Source: an uncultured bacterium (GTDB lineage: Bacteria > Desulfobacterota_D > UBA1144). Taken from it: a DNA stretch of 64,000 nucleotides. Positions within the stretch are counted from its first letter, which is position 1; each line of letters begins with the position of its first letter. This document shows positions 51,554-64,000 of this stretch, piece after piece. The notes beneath the pieces are model-generated. The model made no database searches. It saw only the letters and a list, made by a program, of their open reading frames with translations, and was not told where the DNA came from. The DNA lies in assembly GCA_913050245.1 (NCBI GenBank), contig CAJWZJ010000001.1:50859-114858 (forward strand), given 5' to 3'. Both the position numbers and the translations under genes were made by a program.

Positions 51554-52527
51554 TGAATTTATTTATAGACTTTGTAACACCTATTTTTTTAACAATATCT
51601 ATACTGATTTTAATAGTTGCCTATTTAGTTTGGTTGGAAAGAAAAGTTGCTGCTAAAATGCAGTCACGTATTGGTCCATACTTAGTAGGTAAACCGCATG
51701 GTTTACTTCAACCTCTAGCTGATGCCCTAAAATTAATGTTAAAAGATGATTCTAGTCCAAAGAATTCAGATAGGCTACTATTCAATTTTGGACCTATATG
51801 GGTTATGGTCGTTAGCCTTGCCTCCTTCGCATTACTGCCTTTTGTTTTTGAAAATCAGATGATCAAAACTAATTTAGCTTTAATGTTATTTATTGCTATT
51901 AGCTCCTTAATTATAGTTGGCATATTCATAGCTGGTTGGTCCTCGAATAATAAATTCGCTTTAATATCAGTTATTAGGATAATTGCTCAAATAATATCTT
52001 ATGAAATACCTCTCATAATTTCACTTTTAATTCCTTGTATAATTATCGGAAGCCTTGGATTTATTGAAATTATTAATTATCAGCAAACAACTTGGTTTAT
52101 TTTTTATCCTGTTATTGGCCAAATAGCATTTATACTTTTTTTTATTTCATCTTTAGCAGAAGGTAACAGAATTCCATTTGATTTATCAGAAGCTGAATCA
52201 GAGCTTGTATCAGGATATACAACTGAATATTCAGGAATCAAGTTTGCCCTATTCTATCTTGCTGAATATGTACATTTATTTGGTATTTCAGTTTTAGGTT
52301 CGATAATTTTTTTAGGCGGTCCTAGTGGAATATTTTTTACCTCTAACTTTCTAATAGTTTTTAAAGCTCTTTTGTTATTCACAATAGTGCTTTTTGTGAG
52401 ATGGAGTTTTTTTAGGATTAGAATTGATCAATTATTAAAATTTAATTGGAATAATTTAATTCCTATTTCATTCGTTTTGCTTTTAATATCTTGCTTATTA
52501 AAATATTATATGGATTTGGTTATATGA
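51553..52527 (+). CDS. nuoH: NADH-quinone oxidoreductase subunit H
   Basis: ERKV..MQSRIGP, QPLADALK and RIPFDLSEAESELVSGY motifs. Confidence 0.96.
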   Translation: MNLFIDFVTPIFLTISILILIVAYLVWLERKVAAKMQSRIGPYLVGKPHGLLQPLADALKLMLKDDSSPKNSDRLLFNFGPIWVMVVSLASFALLPFVFENQMIKTNLALMLFIAISSLIIVGIFIAGWSSNNKFALISVIRIIAQIISYEIPLIISLLIPCIIIGSLGFIEIINYQQTTWFIFYPVIGQIAFILFFISSLAEGNRIPFDLSEAESELVSGYTTEYSGIKFALFYLAEYVHLFGISVLGSIIFLGGPSGIFFTSNFLIVFKALLLFTIVLFVRWSFFRIRIDQLLKFNWNNLIPISFVLLLISCLLKYYMDLVI

Positions 52528-53018
52528 AATTAAAAAAGATTTTTCAGAATATCATTAGAAATTTAAAATTTACAATGAGTAATATAACCAAAGGCTCAAC
52601 GACTATAAATTATCCAGATGAAAAAAGGGACTTTCCCGATAAGTTAAGAATAGGAACATTTGGTCTCACAGTTGATAAAGATAGTGGAGAAGAAAATTGT
52701 ATAGCATGTAAATTATGTGAGAGAATATGTCCTTCTAATATTATTGATATAGAAATTGAAAAGAGAGATGGTAGAGGTTTTGCTAAAAATTTCTTTTTAG
52801 ATTTACAAAGTTGTATTCAATGTGAATTATGCGTTCAAATATGTCCGGTTGATGCAATAATAATGATGAAAGTGCCTGCGGAACCTGTTACTCTGAGATC
52901 AGATCTTTATCTAAATAAATCTAAAATGATGTCTAATGCAAAGCTATATAAAGAGTCTTGGGCTCGCGGAAGTTTACTTCAAGAATCACATAAACCAATT
53001 ATTAAGGAAAGCAAATAG
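52524..53018 (+). CDS. nuoI: NADH-quinone oxidoreductase subunit I
   Basis: TINYP, CIACKLCERICP and CIQCELCVQICP motifs; ATGA overlap with the nuoH stop. Confidence 0.94.
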   Translation: MKLKKIFQNIIRNLKFTMSNITKGSTTINYPDEKRDFPDKLRIGTFGLTVDKDSGEENCIACKLCERICPSNIIDIEIEKRDGRGFAKNFFLDLQSCIQCELCVQICPVDAIIMMKVPAEPVTLRSDLYLNKSKMMSNAKLYKESWARGSLLQESHKPIIKESK

Positions 53019-53525
53019 ATGCTAACATCTCTAACAGTAATTTTTTCAATATTGTCAGTTATCTCCGCAATCATGTGTGCTTTAAGCTCAAAGATAATTA
53101 GAACTACTTTTTTCTTTGGTGTAACACTTTTCTTAATATCCTTTGTATTTATTACAATTGGATCTACAATGCTAGGAATTATTCAGATACTTCTCTATAC
53201 CGGGGGTACTCTTATATTATTTCTATTTGCAGTAATTCTAACTGCTGATTGGGATTATAATGAGCTAAGCCAAACTTTCAGCTCTCCAATAAAAGCCCTG
53301 ATAATTTCATTTGTATTCTTTTTAGTATCTTCTTATGTATTAACCAAGTCTAAAACTATGCAAGAATTATCCGAACGATTCTCTTGGGAATTTGTTCCGT
53401 CATCTGAATCAATAAGTACATCATTATTTACTGATTGGTATCCACTACTTGAGATTGCCTCAATACTTCTATTGGGAACAATTATTGGGTGTTTAGTTTT
53501 ATTAAAATTAAGGAAAGGTGAATAA
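53019..53525 (+). CDS. nuoJ: NADH-quinone oxidoreductase subunit J
   Basis: QILLYTGG..ILFLF and EIASILLL motifs. Confidence 0.9.
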   Translation: MLTSLTVIFSILSVISAIMCALSSKIIRTTFFFGVTLFLISFVFITIGSTMLGIIQILLYTGGTLILFLFAVILTADWDYNELSQTFSSPIKALIISFVFFLVSSYVLTKSKTMQELSERFSWEFVPSSESISTSLFTDWYPLLEIASILLLGTIIGCLVLLKLRKGE

Positions 53526-53527
53526 TA

Positions 53528-53824
53528 ATGTTTTGGATATTAATTTTTTCTGCTCTTTTAATTTCATCTCTTGGACTATTCATGTTATTGAGTAAAAAAC
53601 ATATTCTTTCTATACTTATTGGAATTGAACTTATATTAAATGGAATAAATCTTATTTTTATCGTAGTAGCTAAAACTCAATCTTCTTTTTTAGCAGACAT
53701 AATGATCATGTTTATATTAGTAATAACAGCCTGTGAAGTTGCTATCGGACTTGCAATATTTATATTGAATCAAAGATTAAATAAAACAATAGATATTGGG
53801 GAGCTTGATTCGCTGAGAGATTAA
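53528..53824 (+). CDS. nuoK: NADH-quinone oxidoreductase subunit K
   Basis: GIELILNG and ACEVAIGLA motifs. Confidence 0.93.
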   Translation: MFWILIFSALLISSLGLFMLLSKKHILSILIGIELILNGINLIFIVVAKTQSSFLADIMIMFILVITACEVAIGLAIFILNQRLNKTIDIGELDSLRD

Positions 53825-53825
53825 T

Positions 53826-55637
53826 ATGGAAAAATTTTTTTTATTTTTAATTTTAATTGTGCCATTTACTGTAATCTTGTTACATCAAATTAATCAAAGA
53901 TATGTAAAAGATATTGATTTAAAAGTTTATTTTGTATTACCAATAATGATTTATTTACTTGGTCTTTTTTTGCTTTTAACAAACTCTTCCAACTTGGGCT
54001 CCTACGAACTAAATTATATAGACATTCATTCTATAAATATTCCACTAACCTTCTTATTTAACTCTTCGAATATATTAATGTCCATTGTTGTTCTATTAGT
54101 ATCTTTATGTGTACTTGTATATTCTTCTAAATTTATATCAGGTGAAAATTTATATAGGCACTTTAGATATTCATTATTTTTAACAGTTTTTATTTCATCA
54201 ATGGTTTTTTTCAGTCTTTCCAATGATCTTTTAAGTAGTTTTATTTTTTGGGAATTTTTAGGATTATGCTCTTTTTTCTTAATCGCATTTTATAATCATG
54301 ATAAAAAGGCTATATATTCATCTATAATGGCATTTTGGCTGACTAGACTTGGTGATTTATTTTTTTTAATGGGTCTGATAATCATTTATTTTGGATCATC
54401 AAGTATGGGATTTGATGAAATAAATAAATTCCTGTCCACAACACCTAATAGTTTCAACAATATGGCATTTATTTTCATCTTGATTGGAATTCTTACGAAA
54501 TGCGCTCAATATCCATTTACAGTTTGGCTGCCGCGGGCAATGAAAGGTCCGACTCCTATTTCTGCACTAATACACTCAGCAACCATGGTTGTTGCAGGAA
54601 TTCTATTATTATACAAAATGTCACCATCCATAAGTTTCTTTCCATTTGTTCAAGATTCTATTTTGTACATTGGATTAATCACATCTTTACTATGTGCTAT
54701 TTATGCTTTATACGAAGATGATTTGAAAGCTGTCCTAGCATACTCAACACTTTCTCACATTGGATTTATGATGATTCCTTTAGGTCAAAATAGTCAAAAT
54801 CTAGGATTCTTTCATCTATATTCTCATAGCTTTTTTAAATCTTTATTATTTCTAATTGCGGGATATTTAATAATCAAATATAATGAGAATTCTATAAAAA
54901 AATTGAAAAACAAACTAACTTTATTCAGTCCGGTTGGAATTATTTTTACAATTGGATGTCTCTCCTTAGCCGGTATATTTCCCCTAACCGGGTCGTTCTC
55001 AAAAGAACATATAATTATAAATTTTTTGAATGTTGAAGGATATATACCGTCAGTGATTTTAATTATTAGCATAATATTTACTTGTCTATATTCGTCTAAA
55101 CTTCTATTCAATGTTATCAAGATTGAAAAGAATAATTTTAGCAATTTTTTCAATTCTTTTAATAACGAACTACTTTACCTTGTACCGATAACATTTTTAG
55201 GAATTCTATCTCTGTTAGGATTTTTCAGTCAAAATTTTTATTTAAATTTTTTAAACATCAGTTTTGAAGAAATTACAATAATTCAACTACTATCGATTCA
55301 GTTACCTATAATTTTTATATTTATACTAAATTATTTCTACGAAGAGAAAATAAAAATTATTACAAATGATATTATTCAAATTAGTAAATATTTTATTGAG
55401 ATAGAGAATATTTATCGAACATTATATAGAAATATTTTTGTACAATTCGGTAAATTTATTGGTTGGTTTGATAGAAATATAATTGATGGAATTATTAATT
55501 TACCTCCATATTTTATAGTAAACTTATCGAGTTATTTTCAAAAAGTTCAAAATGGTTTTATTAGAGGATATGCATCAAAATTTATAATAATAATTATTTT
55601 TGTAATCATAATATTAGGGATATCTTATAATATATAG
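53826..55637 (+). CDS. nuoL: NADH-quinone oxidoreductase subunit L
   Basis: WE.LG, RLGD, WLPRAMKGPTPISALIHSATMV and HSFFKSLLF motifs. Confidence 0.94.
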   Translation: MEKFFLFLILIVPFTVILLHQINQRYVKDIDLKVYFVLPIMIYLLGLFLLLTNSSNLGSYELNYIDIHSINIPLTFLFNSSNILMSIVVLLVSLCVLVYSSKFISGENLYRHFRYSLFLTVFISSMVFFSLSNDLLSSFIFWEFLGLCSFFLIAFYNHDKKAIYSSIMAFWLTRLGDLFFLMGLIIIYFGSSSMGFDEINKFLSTTPNSFNNMAFIFILIGILTKCAQYPFTVWLPRAMKGPTPISALIHSATMVVAGILLLYKMSPSISFFPFVQDSILYIGLITSLLCAIYALYEDDLKAVLAYSTLSHIGFMMIPLGQNSQNLGFFHLYSHSFFKSLLFLIAGYLIIKYNENSIKKLKNKLTLFSPVGIIFTIGCLSLAGIFPLTGSFSKEHIIINFLNVEGYIPSVILIISIIFTCLYSSKLLFNVIKIEKNNFSNFFNSFNNELLYLVPITFLGILSLLGFFSQNFYLNFLNISFEEITIIQLLSIQLPIIFIFILNYFYEEKIKIITNDIIQISKYFIEIENIYRTLYRNIFVQFGKFIGWFDRNIIDGIINLPPYFIVNLSSYFQKVQNGFIRGYASKFIIIIIFVIIILGISYNI

Positions 55638-55645
55638 GTTTTTTT

Positions 55646-57190
55646 ATGTCAGTTTTTTTTGTTTTAATTTTACCTCTTATTTCAATTATTACTTTATGTC
55701 TAAATAATAATCGAAACGTAATACGATACCTTCCAATATTAATTTCAACCTTATCTCTTGGAATAATTTTTCAATTTGTTTTTAAAAATCAATTAATCTC
55801 CGAAAGCACTTTTGATAGTTTATATGTGAATTTTTATTCTCTCTTGCCAATCTTTGATGTAAATATGAGTTTTAAAATTGATAGAATATCAGTTCTTTTA
55901 CTTTTTCTTTCACAAATTACAATCATCACGGCATTTTTCTCTACTTTAAAAATAGCCTCAAATGGTCAAAGCTTAGATGAAAGCTATACAAGATTAAAGC
56001 AGATAAATATATGGATATCATTCATATCGATTGGTATTTGTGGATTAATCATAAGTAGTAATTTATTTGTGTTTTTTCTTTTTTATGAGGTTGCTGCAGT
56101 ACCAATATTTTTAATGATTTCTACATGGGGTTATAATTTAAAAAGAGAAGTTTCAGGTCCATTCCAAAAAATACTTAAACATTTCAATGTTGGTACAAGA
56201 GAATATGGATCATATAAAATAACTATATATCTTTTTGTTGCATCTATTCTTATTTTTTTCGGGCTTGCAATTCTAGGAATATCTGCAGGAAGTTTTGAAA
56301 TTATGAATATTTCAAATTTAGATAGTTATAAAATTAATTCCAATTTAGTTTTCTGGCTTCTCCTTATAGGATTTGGTACACATTCGGCCCTTTGGCCATT
56401 CCATACATGGGCGCCTGATGGTCATGGTACTGCCCCTACCGCGGGGTCCATAATTTTTGCAGGCATTTTAATGAAAATTGGGGTAATTGGATTTATTAAA
56501 ATATTAATACCATTGATGAATGAAATAACATTGGATTATTCAAATTTAATAATAACTCTTGCTTCTATAAATATTGTTTATGGTGCATTTACTGCACTTA
56601 GACAAGACGATTTAAAATATGTTGCTGCTTATGCATCCCTTTCCCATATTGGCTATATATTTTTAGCACTTATGACTAATAATAAAACAGGAATTGATGG
56701 TGCAATTTTCCAAATAATATCTCACGGTTTAATTATTTGCTTATTATTTTTTACAGTTGGAGTTATCTATAGAATAAAGGGAACTAGGCTTATATCAGAA
56801 CTAAATTCCATGCTTGACTCTTCCCCAATTCTATCATCTTTTTTTATATTTTCAGCTTTTGCTAGTATTGGTTTTCCATTAACTAGCGGTTTTGTATCTG
56901 AATTCATGATTATTAATGGTATTTACAAATCCTTCGAACCAACTAATTTAGGAATACTCCTCATCTGTATTCCAACACTCGGTATTTTACTTACAACTGT
57001 ATATATGTTTAGAGCAGTTAAGGATTGCTTTATTACTTTAGCGAATAAAATTCAACAAATAATTGATATGGACAAAGACGAGATAATAATATGTTTTGTT
57101 TTATGCTTCTTTATCTTATTTATAGGCCTGTTCCCTAGCATTATTCAAGATATATTAAACGAATCATATAAAGGATTGGTAATGAAGTAA
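55646..57190 (+). CDS. nuoM: NADH-quinone oxidoreductase subunit M
   Basis: FYE, PFHTWAPD.H..APT, LMK, SHG and GFVSEF motifs. Confidence 0.93.
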   Translation: MSVFFVLILPLISIITLCLNNNRNVIRYLPILISTLSLGIIFQFVFKNQLISESTFDSLYVNFYSLLPIFDVNMSFKIDRISVLLLFLSQITIITAFFSTLKIASNGQSLDESYTRLKQINIWISFISIGICGLIISSNLFVFFLFYEVAAVPIFLMISTWGYNLKREVSGPFQKILKHFNVGTREYGSYKITIYLFVASILIFFGLAILGISAGSFEIMNISNLDSYKINSNLVFWLLLIGFGTHSALWPFHTWAPDGHGTAPTAGSIIFAGILMKIGVIGFIKILIPLMNEITLDYSNLIITLASINIVYGAFTALRQDDLKYVAAYASLSHIGYIFLALMTNNKTGIDGAIFQIISHGLIICLLFFTVGVIYRIKGTRLISELNSMLDSSPILSSFFIFSAFASIGFPLTSGFVSEFMIINGIYKSFEPTNLGILLICIPTLGILLTTVYMFRAVKDCFITLANKIQQIIDMDKDEIIICFVLCFFILFIGLFPSIIQDILNESYKGLVMK

Positions 57191-58587
57191 TGGGAAATCT
57201 AATTCATAATCTTTTACCAGAAATATTAATAATTATTTCTTCTTTTTTAGTTTTATTCAATTCATTATTTAATACAAAGAAAATTAAAGAAGTAAATATT
57301 TATATTTCTTCTGCAGGAATAATATTAGCACTTACTTTTCTTTTTATGCAAGCTGGAACTATAAGTTTCATGAATAATTCTTTAATTAATTCAGAATATA
57401 CAAAATCAATAAAAATACTCATTCTGATTTCTTCGTTTATTTCATTATGCTTTATAAACTTTGGTAAAAATGAATTAATAAATAAATTTTCTGGCGAATA
57501 CACCTTTCTAATATTAATTTCAATAACAGGATCATTGTTGCTGGTTTCTGCTAGAGAGTTTTTTACTCTAATAATCTCATTGGAACTTCTTAGCATACCT
57601 ATCTATCTAATAACAGCTATGGGTGGAAACCCCAAAGTAGCAATAGAGGGTGCCACAAAATTATTCTTTTTTGGAACAGTTTCAACTGTTTTAATTATTT
57701 TTTCAGCAGTATTATATTTTGCCGGTACTGGTACAACTCTAATTAATTTTTCAGAATTAGATTCTACTGATCTAATTTCTATGTTATCACTATTCTTTTT
57801 CTTCTTGTCAATTTGTTTTAAGTCTGGGCTTATTCCGATGCATTTTTGGCTCTCTGATACTTATCAATCCGCCCCATCGAATCTACTTCCATATTTAAGT
57901 ACTGTTCCAAAAATTGCTGTAATATCTATGCTAATAGGACTTATAAATTATAATAGTTTTTTTGAAAGTTTTAGCTCAATGAAAAATATTATTTTTATAT
58001 TTTCAGCTTGTTCAATAATATATGGCTCTATTCTAACTTTGAAACAGAATAATCTATTTAGGCTTCTTGCTTATTCTGGAATTCCCCATGCCGGTATGAT
58101 GGTAATCTTTTCAATAATTAATATTGAATTATCCTATTCATTTATTTTTATTTATTTCTGTTTTTATATATTTTCGAATTTAGCACTTTATATGACTCTA
58201 AGCTTTATAACAAATAATCAATATAGTTTTCTCGCTGATAATCTGAAAGGACTATATAAGGATTCTCCTTACATATCTATAATTTTAATAGTATCCATTT
58301 TATCTTTAGCAGGTGTTCCGCTTACTGCTGGTTTTTGGGGCAAATTTAATCTCATAATTTTAACTTATGCATCTTATGGTGCTTTTTATACATCTTTTAT
58401 ACTTATTGGTGCAGCAATAGGTTTCTATTATTATTTAAGAATAATAAAATTAATTTTATCTGATAAAAATATAAATAGTCTTAATAAAATTGATATTAGT
58501 ATTCAGAATAAAATCTTATTGGGATTCTGTATTTTAATAATAATTATTATTGGACTAAATCCTAACTTGATAAGCTATCTTATCTAG
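57190..58587 (+). CDS. nuoN: NADH-quinone oxidoreductase subunit N
   Basis: LELLS, FK...PMHFW..D.Y..AP, LLAYSGI.H, GVPLTAGF.GK and YYYLR motifs. Confidence 0.93.
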   Translation: MGNLIHNLLPEILIIISSFLVLFNSLFNTKKIKEVNIYISSAGIILALTFLFMQAGTISFMNNSLINSEYTKSIKILILISSFISLCFINFGKNELINKFSGEYTFLILISITGSLLLVSAREFFTLIISLELLSIPIYLITAMGGNPKVAIEGATKLFFFGTVSTVLIIFSAVLYFAGTGTTLINFSELDSTDLISMLSLFFFFLSICFKSGLIPMHFWLSDTYQSAPSNLLPYLSTVPKIAVISMLIGLINYNSFFESFSSMKNIIFIFSACSIIYGSILTLKQNNLFRLLAYSGIPHAGMMVIFSIINIELSYSFIFIYFCFYIFSNLALYMTLSFITNNQYSFLADNLKGLYKDSPYISIILIVSILSLAGVPLTAGFWGKFNLIILTYASYGAFYTSFILIGAAIGFYYYLRIIKLILSDKNINSLNKIDISIQNKILLGFCILIIIIIGLNPNLISYLI

Positions 58588-59863
58588 AACTTAGTTCGAC
58601 ATAATCTCTAGAATCATAGCCAGTATAAATTTGTCTTGGTCTTGCAATTTTTTGATCTTTATCATTCAAAAATTCTTTCCATTGTGCAAGCCAACCAGGA
58701 GTTCTGCCTATAGTAAATAATACTGTGAACATCGGAGTCGGAATACCCATGCTTTGATAAATCAAACCTGAATAGAAATCAACATTAGGATAAAGATTCC
58801 TTTGAATAAAATAATCTTCGCTCAAAGCAATTGATTCAAGCTCCAAGGCGATATCTAACAAAGGATTAGTTCCAGTAATTTCAAAAACACTGTCAGCAGC
58901 TTTTTTAATATATTTTGCTCTTGGATCATAAGATTTATAAACTCTATGTCCAAATCCCATAAGTAAAGCCTCTTTCTTTTGAACTTTTTCTAAAAATTCT
59001 GGAATATTATCAACAGTCTTAATTTCATTAGTTAGCATTTCCAGTACTGCTTCGTTAGCTCCACCATGGAGAGGACCATAGAGAGCAGCAGTAGCTGATG
59101 CGACAGCAGAATAAGGATCTGGCTCAGAGCTTCCAGTATTTCTCATTACACTGGCACTACAATTTTGCTCATGATCAGCATGGAGAATTAGAAGAGTATC
59201 CATGGCATCAACCAAAACAGGATTTAATTTTTTTTCATCTCCTTGGAATAACATGTTTAAGAAGTTTTCGGAATAGCTCATAGAATTATCTGGCGGTACA
59301 ATTGGCAATCCCTGGGAGTGCCTATAAAAATATGCAGCCAATATAGGAACCTGTGCCATAAGCCTACAGATATTCTTATAATTTTCTTCCTCGTCTGAAA
59401 TTTCTTTTGAATTAGGATAAAAAGTACCTAGAGCCGCAATAGCACTAATGAGAACTCCCATTGGGTGTGAATTTTTAGGAAATGATGTAATAATATTTTC
59501 AATTTCTTTAGGCACACTATTGAATTCTTTAACGTCAGAAATCCACTTATCAAGATCTACTTTATTTGGGAGCTCACCATCAATTAATAACTTTGATACT
59601 TCTAATTGAGTACTTTTCTCAGCGAGCTGCTCTATAGGATATCCCCTATATCTCAATATACCTTTGTCACCATCTATAAAAGTAACGCTACTTTTACAGG
59701 AAGCGGTGTTTTCAAATGAAGGGTCATAACTCATCATTCCAAATTCATCATCATTTACTTTAATTTGCCTTAAGTCTTTTGCACGAATATTACCATCTGT
59801 AACATCTAATTCGTATGATTTACCTGTTCTACTATCTGTAATACTTAAAATATCTTTGGACAC
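58580..59863 (-). CDS. gltA: Citrate synthase
   Basis: LRYRGY, LHADHEQN, GPLHGGAN, GFGHRVYK and NVDFYSG motifs; GTG start. Confidence 0.97.
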   Translation of the reverse strand: MSKDILSITDSRTGKSYELDVTDGNIRAKDLRQIKVNDDEFGMMSYDPSFENTASCKSSVTFIDGDKGILRYRGYPIEQLAEKSTQLEVSKLLIDGELPNKVDLDKWISDVKEFNSVPKEIENIITSFPKNSHPMGVLISAIAALGTFYPNSKEISDEEENYKNICRLMAQVPILAAYFYRHSQGLPIVPPDNSMSYSENFLNMLFQGDEKKLNPVLVDAMDTLLILHADHEQNCSASVMRNTGSSEPDPYSAVASATAALYGPLHGGANEAVLEMLTNEIKTVDNIPEFLEKVQKKEALLMGFGHRVYKSYDPRAKYIKKAADSVFEITGTNPLLDIALELESIALSEDYFIQRNLYPNVDFYSGLIYQSMGIPTPMFTVLFTIGRTPGWLAQWKEFLNDKDQKIARPRQIYTGYDSRDYVELSSR

Positions 59864-59954
59864 TTTAAATCCCCTTATGGAAAATTATTATATAATCTGT
59901 ATTAAATCCCTTTTATTATAACAAAAAAAAGGGTGAAAAAAAAGGTGGAAAAAC

Positions 59955-63462
<3,508 letters not shown>

Positions 63463-63484
63463 TTAATGTTTAATCCATTTACAA

Positions 63485-64000
63485 TCAAAAATTTAAATTT
63501 GAAAATAATTCTTTCATTGCAATAGCTCTATGACTTACTTTGTTTTTTTCATCTTCAGATAAATTAGCAAATGTTTTAGCTAAATTTTCATAAAAAAATA
63601 TCGGATCATAGCCAAAACCGCTATTTCCAGATTGATTATCAATTATAGAACCATGGCACTCACCCCTAAATAATCTTGGAAATGAAGAAAACTTCTCCCA
63701 AAAAAAGGATATCACACATACAAATTTTGCTTTTCTGTCTTTTTTTCCTTTTAAATTCCTTAAAACTTTATTTATATTATCTTGGTCTGAACAATCTTCA
63801 CCCGCATATCTAGCTGAAAATATTCCCGGCTCACCACTTAAAGATTCTATTTCTAACCCCGAATCATCACATAAAATAGCCATATTCAAATCCTTTCTTC
63901 TGAGAAATTCCAACTTTAATAGCGAATTTTCTTCATAGGTAGTACCAGTTTCAGCTACATCAAAATTTACCCCTATGTCTGCTGGTGTTAAAACATCAAA
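63485..64000 (-). CDS. rdgB: Non-canonical purine NTP pyrophosphatase (RdgB/HAM1), start beyond window
   Basis: Frame stays open to the window end (ETGTTYEEN); DDSGL, PGIFSARY, GFGYDPIF and SHR motifs. Confidence 0.95.
   Translation of the reverse strand, partial: FDVLTPADIGVNFDVAETGTTYEENSLLKLEFLRRKDLNMAILCDDSGLEIESLSGEPGIFSARYAGEDCSDQDNINKVLRNLKGKKDRKAKFVCVISFFWEKFSSFPRLFRGECHGSIIDNQSGNSGFGYDPIFFYENLAKTFANLSEDEKNKVSHRAIAMKELFSNLNF

Overview
A very AT-rich, tightly packed stretch of a bacterial core genome, with overlapping genes and tiny intergenic spaces. It looks like a streamlined, light-exposed aquatic bacterium of a Deltaproteobacteria-like lineage. Marine Dadabacteria is my best guess from gene order and CxxxY-type CcmE, and this is inference only. 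Contents in order: a methionine locus (metH, glyoxalase II-like gene, SAM-II-type riboswitch, threonine-synthase-like PLP enzyme, MoaD/CysO-like sulfur carrier); dnaK-rpmE-gammaCA-ppx-grpE-dnaJ; TCA genes acnA-icd-mdh-sdhCAB-sucC (no sucD); rpmF-fabD-fabG-acpP-fabF-rpiB; rimP-nusA-infB-DHH-truB-rpsO-pnp-miaA (no rbfA); uvrB; cobA/hemD; rsmE; a System I* ccm cluster with a multidomain cytochrome c; gloA, PTPS and two photolyase/cryptochrome genes; an M42 peptidase; a complex I operon lacking nuoEFG with a NuoB-C fusion; gltA, an RNB nuclease, pyrG and rdgB. I found no tRNA, rRNA, CRISPR, IS or phage. Four small genes missing from the ORF track were read by hand: rpmF, ccmD, a CcmI-like TM peptide and DUF2256. 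Highlights: (1) a SAM-II riboswitch with an indirect expression platform over a ThrC-like/sulfur-carrier pair, probably a thiocarboxylate-dependent homocysteine route; (2) a recurring -10 box/6 nt/ATG leaderless architecture; (3) several independent metal-sparing protein variants; (4) a 'headless' complex I.
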